Origin: Macrostomum lignano | Lineage: Eukaryota | Assembly: GCA_002269645.1 (NCBI GenBank) | Contig: NIVC01000814.1 | Coordinates: 376,806 to 440,805, forward strand | DNA: 64,000 nt | Direction of reading: 5' to 3' | Part shown: positions 38,001 to 49,418 of the stretch, piece by piece | Layout: each line of letters begins with the position of its first letter | Numbering within the stretch: the first letter of the stretch is position 1 | Notes under the pieces: generated by a model | Databases searched by the model: none | Told to the model about the DNA's origin: nothing | The model's input: only the letters and a program-made list of their open reading frames with translations | Made by a program: the position numbers and the translations under genes

Positions 38001-41000
38001 GCCACCAGACCCGGTAGAGGTGCCGCCAACACCAGCGGCAGTCGGCGACGAAGTAAAGAGCGCAGCTAGCAGGTCGTGAACAGTCTCTCGTCGAGAGCAC
38101 AGTCTCAGCAGGCGGCCTAAACAGTCGGTCAATCTGCACAGCGCGTCGTCAAGAAATCTCGCCCTCAAAGTCCAAACTGGCGCGTGCAACGGATCCAAAT
38201 CAGTGTAGGACTCCGTATCCACTACCATCTCTTCGGCTAGGCGAGGCCAAACGGCGGCTAATTGCAATTCGCTGATTGGCTCCTCGCACGGACCAATAGG
38301 AAGCCGAGCTGGCAGGTCCAATTCGCGTTGCTGCTGATTGCGCCGATGACGAAGCGTGTCGGGCAGGGGACTCAGACAGGCTAACAGGCGGTCGGAGAAC
38401 TGGCTTAGGCTGTAGCTCAGTCGAATAGCTGCGCTAATTGATGGCCCGTTAGAGGACGAGAATTGGCTGCCGGACTGCACTGCGGGACAGGCCATTCGCT
38501 GTCTAAACATATCGATAGCGCCTTGCAGGTGCCTGTAGTGCCTGGGGATTTTGCACAGCTGGGCTATTTCGAATCGGGTGCGGAGCCCGGAGCCGAGGGC
38601 CTGCGGCGAGGATTTCAAATTGGCTGGAGTAATTAGTTATGCTAATGCGCTATTGTGCAGATGCAGATAATGGATGCGCTTTCAGTATTAAGCAGTGTAT
38701 GATCTGTAATAGAGTTGGAGGCTGAAAACCTGAGATCTAGCTAGCAACTGAGGATGAAGCTGGGAGGCTGGCCCAACTCGACACTTTATGAGGATGGCCC
38801 AACAACTGACACTTTGCAAGGCTGGCCCAGCAACTGAGGATCTGGGAGGCTGGCCCAGCAACTGAGGATCTGGGAGGCTGGCCCAGCAACTGAGGATCTG
38901 GGAGGCTGGCCCAGCAACTGAGGATCTGGGAGGTTGGCCCAGCAACTGAGGATCTAGAAGGCTGGCCTAGAAACTGACACTTTAAGAGGCTAGCCCAGCA
39001 ACTGAGGATCTGGGAGGCTGGCCCAGAAACTGACACTTTAGGAGGCTGGCCCAGCAACTGAGGATCTGGAATGCTGGCCTAGAAACTGACACTTTAGGAG
39101 GCTGGCCCAGAAACTGACACTTTAGGAGGCTGGCCCAGCAACTGAGGATCTGGAATGCTGGCCTAGAAACTGACACTTTAGGAGGCTGGCCCAGAAACTG
39201 ACACTTTAGGAGGCTGGCCCAGCAACTGAGGATCTAGAAGGCTGGCCTAGAAACTGACACTTTAAGAGGCTAGCCCAGCAACTGAGGATCTGGGAGGCTG
39301 GCCCAGAAACTGACACTTTAGGAGGCTGGCCCAGCAACTGAGGATCTGGGATGCTGGCCTAGAAACTGACACTTTAGGAGGCTGGCCCAGAAACTGACAC
39401 TTTAGGAGGCTGGCCCAGCAACTGAGGATCTGGGATGCTGGCCTAGAAACTGACACTTTAGGAGGCTGGCCCAGAAACTGACACTTTAGGAGGCTGGCCC
39501 AGCAACTGAGGATCTGGGAGACTGGCCCAGAAACTGACACTTTAGGAGGCTGGCCCAGCAACTGAGGATCTGGAAGGGTTGCCCAGCAACTGAGGATTTG
39601 GGAGGCTGGCCTAGAAACTGACACTTTAGGAGGCTGGCCCAGCAACTGAGGATCTAGAAGGCTGGCCCAGCTACTAAGGATCTGAGAGGGCTTCCTATTA
39701 ACTGGAGGTCTGGAGGGCGGCCTAATAACTAAGGATCTAGGAAATCTCTATTGAATTTCAGATGATACAAATAGCAGTATGATTTAAATTTAAATATTTC
39801 TACTGAACACAGCATATAATAGAACGCAAGATTCGAGCCTAGGACCTACAAGTAAAAATGCTTACCTGGCCAAAGTACAGCCTCCGATCGGGCCGGCCAA
39901 CCTGCAGAAAGATCGGCAGGTGGCAGCCGGAATTGTGCGCAGTGATACACAGGCTGCTTAGCAACAGTCGCAATCGACTCTCATTGCACACTGTCTGGTC
40001 TTGGCTCGGCTTCACTACAATCAGCTCGCGTAGGCCGAACCAGCGTGTTAAACAATGAGCAACGCTGGGGAAATCGTTATCGGATGAGGCAATCTGATGC
40101 AGCACTGGCGGCCAAAAGGTCTTGCTGTCGCTGGCCGGAGGCTGCTCAGCTGCTTTCCCAGCTTCATCTGTCCCAGCTAGATCGGGTTGATCTTCTTCGC
40201 TAGGCTTTGGAGGCTGAACCTGTTTAGTCGGGATTTCAAGTATAAGCTGTATTTGAATTGGAACATTTAAAATATTGACTCAACTGGATGGGATTTGAAC
40301 TATACTGGATGGGATTTGAACTCAACTGGATGGGATTTGAACTATACTGGATGGGATTTGAACTATACTGGATGGGATTTTAATTTTTATGGACGGGATT
40401 TGAACTTTACTGGATGGGATTTGAACTCAAATAAATGGGAGTTGAACTCAACTGGATGGGATTTGAACTCAACTAAATGGGATTTGAACTTAACTGGACT
40501 GGATGGGATTTGAACTATACTGGGTGAGATTTGAACTATACTGGATGGATTTGAACTATACTGGATGGGATTTTAATTTTTATGGACGGGATTTGAACTT
40601 TACTGGATGGGATTTGAACTATACTGGATGGGATTTTAATTTTTATGGACGGGATTTGAACTTAACTAGATGGGATTTGAACTCAACTAAATGGGATTTG
40701 AACTTAACTGGACTGGATGGGATTTGAACTTAATTGGATGGGATTTGAATTCAACTGGATGGGATTTAAACACAACTGGATGGGATTTGAACTCAACTGG
40801 ACGGGATTTGAACCTAACTGAATGGGATTTTAACAGAAGTGGGTGGAAGTTGAACACTTAATAGGATTTGAACTTAACTGCGTGTTTGAACTTTACTGGA
40901 TGGGATTTGAACTCAACTGAATGCGATTTAAACTTTACTGGATGGAATTGGAACTTAACTAAATCACCTACTTGACAATGATGCGTCAATCTAAACTCGC

Positions 41001-41352
41001 AGTCCATGTACCGTACACTACAAGACTGATCTTTCCAAGTGTGCTGCTGCCGATCCAAGTGCCTATCGGTGCCGAATCGTCTAGTGGCGTTGCTGCCTGC
41101 GGCGGCCGTGGCGTGACGCGAGTCGGCCATTCTCTCAGCCTCAGGCACCGATTCTAAGCCCGTGCCACCGGACTTCACGGAGAACCGACCGCCGCCATCC
41201 ACTTTCCATTCGTTGAATACCTCTTCTAACTCGGACATGAACTGCTCCCAGTCTGATGCGCTGGTGAAATCCGTGATTTCAAAAACGTCACCTTCTTCCT
41301 CTATAATGCTGGTCTCCGTTGTCAGAGGCGGAGACTGCGGAAATGTAGCCAT
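32095..41352 (-). CDS. RAB3GAP1: Rab3 GTPase-activating protein catalytic subunit (about 1100 aa)
   Basis: Eight phase-consistent exons: 41352-40972, 40246-39866, 38600-37930, 36534-36359, 35571-35208, 34420-33985, 33441-32998, 32544-32095. Motifs FEITDFTSASDWEQF, DNDFP, RWFGLRE, DLDPLHAPVW, HLWQEVVLELRYRWE, SDMQAFKAANPGC and YRFAGAFTED. Confidence 0.95.
32762..32910. repeat. (CTAA/CTGA)n microsatellite, RAB3GAP1 intron 7
   Basis: Directly visible. Confidence 0.9.
33462..33960. repeat. 23-bp (GGGGAGATTATCGGGGGTTGATA) and 24-bp minisatellites, RAB3GAP1 intron 6
   Basis: Direct tandem repeats. Confidence 0.93.
34490..35100. repeat. 23-bp minisatellite (GAGTAGATACTCGAAGATGGCAA), RAB3GAP1 intron 5
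   Basis: Direct tandem repeats; creates the false read-through in ORF 33943-35421. Confidence 0.95.
35600..36295. repeat. 33-bp minisatellite (GGCTACCACATCCCTGATGCTTTAGTGGTCATT), RAB3GAP1 intron 4
   Basis: Direct tandem repeats. Confidence 0.95.
36640..37920. repeat. Compound minisatellite (32-bp GAGCAACTGAGGATGGAGCTGAGAGACTGATC and variants, plus a 31-bp unit at 37790-37920), RAB3GAP1 intron 3
   Basis: Direct tandem repeats. Confidence 0.93.
38740..39700. repeat. About 28-bp minisatellite (CAGCAACTGAGGATCTGGGAGGCTGGCC and variants), RAB3GAP1 intron 2
   Basis: Direct tandem repeats related to the intron-3 array. Confidence 0.93.
40280..40960. repeat. 21-bp minisatellite (GATGGGATTTGAACTATACTG), RAB3GAP1 intron 1
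   Basis: Direct tandem repeats. Confidence 0.93.
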
Positions 41353-42839
41353 TATTGCTGCTGACAGCCACGCTGATAGAGCTGAAGGCTCGCTTAATTT
41401 ATTTCAGCTTTTATTACCAAAACAAGCAAAAAATGCCAACATGAAAGCAAAAAATATAAAGTTTATTGAATTGAATTGCAATGTCAGAAAACTATAGGCA
41501 GTTTAAATAATTAATAGTCGAAATCAAAAATAAAAAATAATGAATGCAATGTAATAAGGCTCTTTTAAAGAATTATTGGCTAAGCATTGTTTTTGCCCTA
41601 CTATTAGTAGCTTCAGCTTGGGAAAATGTTAGAGGTGGGTTGTATAGGTTTTTAAGATAGTATAAAATATTTATCAGCAATTCACATTACTAAATATATC
41701 AAGTATATTAGTAAAAAGCTAGTAAATTTGTAGTAGATAATCAATTAAATTGTTTCAAAGAGGCAGATCAAGTATTTTAAGTCTATGGCTACTTTGATTT
41801 TTTTACTTGTAATATCCCACTCAATATTCTGGTCATAGTTGATTTGTCTCCAATTTTTCAAAAATTGAAATTTAAAAATACAGTTCAATAGTTTTAGCTT
41901 TATCTTTAATGCATTCAATTCAATAGAAAAGATCTTTATTGTTTTTGTTTCAGGGCAAAGTCTAAGAGTAATGAATAGTAACAGTCAGTCAAAGTTATAT
42001 AATATTTTTGTAAATTTTTGGCAGATAGCTATTAGTTCAACTTCAACTATAATCTAGAGATTTTCATTTCTTAAAGTGTTCATTTTTGTGGAATTAGCCT
42101 ACTACATAAGTGTAATGATTATAAAGATAAATGCTACAAAAAGTCATATCTCTTATGATAGGATGAAAAGGATTTTAAGAACTAAGGCTAGAATATAGTC
42201 TGTATAACATAAGATTTATGCCTATAATTAATTATTGTTTAAGCCCTACAAGTTTATTTTAACTTATAAAAATCAATTAATTTAACAGAACCAAGTATAT
42301 TAATGTGGAAGCCTTTTTTACACAAAAATTTCCTATGAAATTTCAAATCTACACATTTCCAAGAAAAACATTTAGTTTTAACTAGCAATCTTCGCCCCCC
42401 GATGGGGGACATCTGGATAGAACTTCTGTTCTCTACAAGTAAAAAAAACCGCCAAATAGAGTCTTCACAAAGACAACAGAAAAACTGCTCAAATGAAGCG
42501 CAATGCAAAAAGAAAACATCCCAAGACAGCAAGCATCCCCCCGCACCCCCAGATAGCAAGCACCCCCAGATAGCAAGCACCCCCAGATAGCAAGCACCCC
42601 CAGATAGCAAGCACCCCCAGGCAGATAGCAAGCACCCCCAGATAGCAAGCACCCCCAGATAGCAAGCATCCCTCAGATAGCAAGCACCCCAGATAGAAAG
42701 AACCCCCAGATAGCAAGCATCCAATTGATAGCAAGTATCTATCCTTAAATAGGAAGCATCCACCAGACAAAAAGTATATAGTGCAACATTTCCTTTTAGC
42801 TTTCTAGGGGCTCCTTTATAATTGGCATGACGCTTCTTA

Positions 42840-44975
42840 TTACGTTTGAAAATGTCTCTCCTGTGTTTGAAATGGTGGCTATTTTATATTTGAATTGGTG
42901 GCTCTTTAATGTTTGACATCGTGCTAGTTTTATGTTTGTCATGGTGGCTCCTTAATGTTAGAAACGGTGGCTCTTTAATGTTTGACATGGAGTCACATAT
43001 ATGTTTCACATGGTGGCTCTTCTATGTCTAACTTGGTAGCTCTTTTATGTTTGACATCGTGGCTCGTTAATGTTCGACATGGTGGCTATTTACTGTTTGA
43101 CATGGTGGCTTTTTAATGTTTGACATGGTGGCTCTTTAATGTTCAACATGGTGGCTCTTTATTGTTTGACATGGTGGCTTTTTAATGTTTGACATGGTGT
43201 CTCTTAAATGCTCGACATTGTGGCTCTTTAATGTTCTACATTGTGGCTCTTTAATTTTCTACATTGTTGCTCTTTAATGTTTGACATGGTGGCTCTTTAA
43301 TGTTTTACATGGTGGTTCTTTAATGTTCTACATTGTGGCTCTTTAATGTTGTACATTGTGCTCTTTAATATTTGACATTGTGGCTCTTTAATGTTCTACA
43401 TGGTGGCTCTTTAGTGTTTGACATGGTGGCTCTTTAATGTTCAACATGGTGGCTCTTTATTGTTTGACATGATGGCTCTTTAATGTTCGACATGGTGGCT
43501 CTTTACTGTTAGATATGGTGGCTCTTTAATGTTTGACATGGTGGCTCTTTAATGTTTGACATGGTGGCTCTTTAATGTTCTACATGGTTGCTCTATAATG
43601 CTCTATATTGTGGCTCTTTAATGCTCTACATGGTGGCTGTTCAATGTTCTACATATTGTGGCTCTTTAATCTTCGACATGGTGGCTCTTTAATGTTCGAC
43701 ATAGTGGCTCTTTATTGTTTGACATGATGGCTCTTTAATGTTTGACATGGTGGCTCTTTAATTTTCTACATGGTGGCTCTTTAATGTTCTACATATTGTG
43801 GCTCTTTAATCTTCGACATGGTGGCTCTTTTAGTGTTCTACATTGTGGCTCTTTATTGTTTGACATGATGGCTTTTTAATGTTTGACATGGCTCTTTAAT
43901 GTTCTACATTGTGGCTCTTTAATGTTCTACATTGTGGCTCTTTAAATGTTCTACATGGTGGCTCTTTATTGTTTGACATGGTGGCTCTTTAATGTTCTAC
44001 ATGGTGGCTCTTTAATGTTCTACATGGAGGCTCTTTAATGTTTGACATGGAGTCACGTATGTGTTAGACATGGAGTCACGTATATGCTTTACATGGTGGC
44101 TCTTTAATGTTTGACATGTTGGCTCTTTAATGTGTGACATGGTGGCTCTTTAATGTTTGACATGTTGGCTCTTTAATGTGTGACATGGTGGCTCTTTAAT
44201 GTTTGACATGGAGTCATGTATGTGTTTGGCATGGAGTCACGTATATGCTTTACATGGTGACTCTTTAATGTTCGACATGGTGGCTCTTTAATGTTTGACA
44301 TGGAGTCACGTATATGTTTGACATGTAGTCACGTATATGTTTGACATGGTGGCTCTTTAATGTTTGACATGGTGGCTCTTTTATGCTTGAAATGGTGGCT
44401 CTTTAATGTTCGACATGGTGGCTCTTTTATGTTTAACATGGAGTCACGTATGTGTTTGACATGGAGTCACGTATATATTTGGCATGGAGTCACGTATATG
44501 CTTTACATGGTGGCTCTTTAATGTTCGACATGGTGGCTCTTTATTGTTCGAAATTGTGGCTCTTTAATGTTCGACATGGTGGCTCTTTAATGTTCGACAT
44601 GGTGGCTCTTTAATGTTCTACATGGTGGCTCTTTAATGCTCTATATTGTGGCTCTTTAATGCTCTACATGGTGGCTCTTTAATGTTCTACATATTGTGGC
44701 TCTTTAATCTTCGACATGGTGGCTCTTTCATGTTCGACATGGTTGCTCTTTATTGTTTGACATGATGGCTCTTTAATGTTTGACATGGTGGCTCTTTAGT
44801 GTTTGACATGGCGGCTCTTTAATTTTTGACATGGTGGCTCTTTAATTTTTGACATGGTGGCTCTTTAATGTTAGACATGGAGTCACGTATATGCTTTACA
44901 TGGTGGCTCTTTTATTTTTTGACATGGTGGCTCTTTAATGTTCGACAGTGTGGCTCTTCTATGTTTGACATTGTG
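42840..44975. repeat. 23-bp minisatellite (TTTAATGTTTGACATGGTGGCTC), about 2.1 kb
   Basis: Direct tandem repeats with variant units. Confidence 0.95.
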
Positions 44976-45033
44976 CTTTTTTTATGTTTAGCAGTTTTGT
45001 GTTTTTAAGGTGTTTTAATAAAAAAATCTTTTT

Positions 45034-45100
45034 GCACTACTGAGATTCGAACTCAGGTCGCTACATTAGCAGTCCAGTCTGTTCGCATCTAGGCTATCTC
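45034..45100 (-). pseudogene. tRNA-like fragment (SINE head or pseudo-tRNA)
   Basis: Minus strand TAGCCTAG A-box, GGACTGCTAAT (GCT in loop position), perfect T-arm CTGAG-TTCGAAT-CTCAG; acceptor and anticodon stems do not pair. Confidence 0.45.
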
Positions 45101-48029
45101 TTTTCAATTGGAGAACATGAATTGTGGCCCTTATAATTAAATTCTTACAGCAAGTCAATTGGAGTAGAAAGTTATGACATAATCAACTTCTCAGTCAGCC
45201 AGTATCAGTTTCAATTTAAGTTAGCAATATGGTTACGCAATTTTAACCAAGTCTTGTGTGCATTTCTTGGGCACTGTTTTCAACTTGTTGTGATGCAATC
45301 TTTATTACAATCAGAATTCAGCTAGTCAGTTTTTTCTCTAGCATTCTTACAATGCATTTCAGGTCAAAAGAGCTGCTTGACCTTTGCAAAAAAGCATGTT
45401 TTTCGAATATTTAATCCCTTTAATATTGAGCAATTTCTTAGCCAAGATGCATGTACCATCCCAGGAAAATTTCTGATCGAATGGTGCAAGTTTGAAGAAA
45501 ATCGGTTGAGCCATTTTTTCTGAAATCTATCGCATACCCATATACAGACATTTCATTTTTAGTATATAGGATAGACATTTGCTAAAATAGTTTTATTACT
45601 TTTTGCTTAAAATGATCCTAAAAAATAGTATAAATAAGATAGGTTAGAGTTGTTTTTTTCAATTTGCCTTTAAACTTTACAAGCTAATTGAAAAAAATCT
45701 ATTCAGTGAGTTCTGAATAAATAAGAGTGTATAGAGAAGTGATTCAAACTTTGTTAATTTTTTTAAGTGAAGCAGAAATATATACCATATATACTACTGA
45801 TAAATAGAATACCAAGACAAGAAAGGAGACAAAGTATTGATAGATCTCAAAGCATACTTATAGAATAGTAACAAAGGCCATGACTTTTTAATCTTGGAAA
45901 TGTCTTTGCTTAGCCATAGTTTGGAACACTATATATATCCTAGGAAAATTACCAAATTTTTTGGTGTATACCTGTGTATGCCAAATACATTACCTTATGC
46001 AAAGCTTCATATTAAAAAATTTAAAACATAACTAGACTAGTGATTTTTATATTCAATTTCAATTAGATTAGATGAGAATGAGAAAGAGAAAAAATAACTA
46101 TATTTATATATTCTTTTTTCTATCTATAAATAACAAAAATAAAGTTTGTGCATTTTTGTTACAACTTCCAATTGTCACCTTGTAGAAAAACCCAGAAAGC
46201 AGTTTTGCATTAAATAGTTATCAAATTTTACAATTAAAATGCATGGACAACTATTGTGACTGTGATTTTTATAACAACTTTTTAAATTTTCAATGCATTA
46301 TCACATATCAAAAAATTAAAAGTGTGCACCAAAAGCCCAAAATCACTTTTTTACACTAACATATACACCAAATTTCTTGAGCCAACCCCAGAAATTTCTA
46401 GCATATATGCTTTCTCCTTGACTATGGATGACTAGAAGAGATATGCATGCAATACATATATAATTAATAGTAATATACTAGCAATCTTCATCTCCCAATA
46501 GGGGACATCTGGATAGAATCCTTGTTCTTTACAAATAACAAATAGACAACAAAATAAAGCTTTCATAAGAAAACAACAGACATTCCCTCTAAAAACAAAA
46601 TATCCCAAGACAGCAAGCATTCAAGTATCAATCTTCAAATAGCAAGCATCCCCAAGACTGCAAGAATTCCCCAGATAGCAAGCAACCCCAGATAGCAAGC
46701 ATCCCCCAAATAGCAAGCATCCCCTAGACCCTAGATAGCAAGCATCCCCCAGATAGCAAGCATCTCCCAGACTGCAAGCAATTCTAGATAGCAAGCATAA
46801 CCTGGATACAAAGAGACCTTATAGATATCTAGCAACCCCCTCTCATATAGCAAGTACCTTCCACCCCCCCCCCAAGAGCAAGCATCTCCCAATAGCAAGT
46901 TACTCCAGTAGCAAGCATCCTTCTGATAGCAAGCATCCCCTCAATAGCAAGCATTCTTTTAATAGCAAGCATCCCTTAGATAGCAAGCATACCCCTGATA
47001 GCAAGTATCTATCCTTAAATAGCAAGCATCTACCAGAGAACAAGAAGCTAGTGCAACAATTTCTTTAGCTTTATAGTGGCTCTATTTTGTTTGGCATGAC
47101 ACTTCTTTTTATGTGTGTATTGTGGAATGGTGTCTCTGTTATGTTGAATTGGTGGCTCTTTAATATTTGACATGGTGTCTTTTCTATGTTGGACATGATG
47201 GCTCTTTTGTGTTTGACATGATAGCTCTTTAATGTTTGACATGGTGGCTCTTCTATGTTTGACATAGAGTCGCATATATGTTTGACATGGTGGCTCTTTA
47301 ATGTTCAACATTTACAATGATATGGTGGAAAGATTCTTTCATTTTACAATCTCTTTATAGTATGGACAACAATATTTCACACTGTTGGGGATTGTATAAT
47401 GAAAGTGAGGGGGCTTTAAAAAAAGAGAAAGGAGGGATGCCAAAAAATCACGACTTACTTTTGTGGAATCTCTATTAGGTAGCCTAGACAAGGGGTTAAA
47501 CAAGGTATACGATCCTCCCATCCCCTGTAAACAAATTTTCAACTTGGCAGTAGAGGTCGGATGAGATCCCGATCCCGAAATCTCGGGATCCCAAGGAAAA
47601 TTGAATTCCCGCGGGACCAGAATCCTGACCCTAAAAAACTCGAGATTCGGGAACAGGTCTTTTGATTAATAATTTATAGAACTAGTGATTACTTGAAGGT
47701 ACGAGGGGCGTCCGGAAAGTAGTGTTACTTTTGCTTGGTGTGGACATATGGACAGTCACACTTGCATGTGCTTAGTGTCATTTGAAAGCGGCAAGTCTCT
47801 TCTTTAAAATGACACCAATTGCAAGAGATTTGGATCTGTGCTTCAAGAGATATGTACGATTAAGTAGAGAAAGGTCAGTCATAGACTTACAGAACCTCAA
47901 AAATGTCAACAGAAAACTTTTATCACGAGCGTAATTACTCCAGAAAAAAACAAAAAACACAACAGTACAGTACAGAAGCAGGTGAAACAGATAACAAGCA
48001 AATTATCACACAAGCGAACAACATTAAAA

Positions 48030-49418
48030 TCATTCATCGGTTGGTAGACTTGTCTTCTCAACGTAGTCACCATGAGACATGATGCACTTCTCCCATCGGT
48101 CTCGCATCTTGTCGATGGCGTTTGCATACACATTTCTTGGGATCTGGTACAGCAAGATCCTCCTGACCTCACTCTCCAAGTGATCACAACTGTTGTGAAC
48201 TCGCCCTTGAAGCTGTCGCTTTAACTCAGGAAACAAGGCGAAGTCCGCAGGTGCCAGGTCAGGAGAATATGGAGGGTGAGGAAGCAACTCAAAGTTCAGT
48301 TGGTCAATTGCTTGCATGGTCTTTGCAGCAGTATGCGGCCTCGCATTGTCGTGGTGGAGGATATGGGGTCTTTCTTTCCCCCATCTTTTGTTGCAGATGC
48401 ATACATGCGCAACAGTCGGCCGAGTCGGCCGATCCGGCCGACCGATTTGGCGGCCAATCAAGGAAGTCGCAAAAATGCCCACCCAAAAAATAACCTGAAG
48501 AGTAGTACTAAGTAGCTGATGAGGCATTTTAGCTTAATAAAACAGTCATAGTTACTCCTGCCGTTTACCCAAAGTTGCGTTAATTTTGCTTTCGGGTTTT
48601 TTTATATGTAAGTCGCATTTTTGGCCAAAAACTACGTCGCATTTTTGTTAAAACTAAGTCGCACGGCTGACCGAATTTTGGAGGTTGCACATGTATGTGC
48701 AGATGTCTGACTTCAGTTTTGTCAGGGAGGTCACATACCAATCAGCATTGATGGTCGAGTTTGGCTCCAGGAACTCGATGGTCAGTGGGCCATTGCAATC
48801 AAAAAAGAGAGTCAGCATGACTTTGTTGCTGTGCCGGTCTCGGCGAGCTTTTGTTGGTGGATCAGATCCCCTGACGGTCCAAACCATTGACTCCTGCTTT
48901 GTTGGAGGGTCGAAGTATGGCACCCATGTCTCGTCGCCAGTTACGATCAGCTCTCGAAAGGCTTCCCATCCTCCATGTTGATTGACCAGCTCCAGGTTGT
49001 TCACACATTTCTGCTGGCGATCCAGCTTCATGACCTCAGTGAGCAATCGTGGTACCCAACGGGCACTCAGCTTGACGTGATTCATCTTCTGCAGGCACTC
49101 GTGAACTGTGGACTTCGGGCAATCCAATCGATCGGCCATTTCGCGAATGCTCTGGCGGCAGTCTTCATCAATCAAGTCGAGAATGCGATCCGTCAGGCTG
49201 CTGCTGTCGCGAATTGCAGGGCATCCGGACCTTGGCATGTTGCTCACGTCAGTTCTTCTAGCCTGAAACTCGCCCACCCACCTGCTTACTGTCATCTTGC
49301 TGACAGCATGGTCACCATGAGCTATGCAAAGTTGCCTGTGGATGTCAGCCGATTTGGTTCCGGAGCTCCAAAGTGTAAAGATGGCATGTCGCTGCCCAGT
49401 CTTTGAATGCACATCCAT
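48030..49418 (-). pseudogene. Mariner transposase, interrupted by one MITE insertion
   Basis: HTH, WVPR, TGDETW, HHDNARPH and YSPDLAPAD with 34 residues between D2 and D3. Removing 48400-48697 plus one TSD restores SDIC-NKRW in frame (about 360 aa). Confidence 0.95.
48400..48697. mobile_element. 298-bp MITE with 14-bp TIRs and perfect 8-bp TSD
   Basis: CATACATGCGCAAC...GTTGCACATGTATG, flanked by TGCAGATG at 48392-48399 and 48698-48705; internal AGTCGCA repeats. Confidence 0.92.

Larger units (their letters stand above)
42381..45572 (+). mobile_element. Putative non-autonomous Helitron/Helentron-like element carrying two minisatellites
   Basis: Starts ACTAG with a CCCCCC-GAT-GGGGG hairpin and ends CAAGTTTGAAGAAAATCGGTTGAGCCATTTT...ACAGACATTTCATTTTTAGTATATAGGAT, resembling Lep1/DINE-type termini. 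Contains 17-bp (42530-42730) and 23-bp (42840-44975) arrays; a second diverged copy starts at 46477. Confidence 0.45.

Noticed and set aside
45034-45100. Functional tRNA-Ser(GCT)
   Set aside because: Acceptor and anticodon stems do not pair and there is no long variable arm.
48400-48697. MITE removed as an intron (introner) to restore the transposase
   Set aside because: No GT/AG at or near the boundaries on the coding strand that would preserve the frame.
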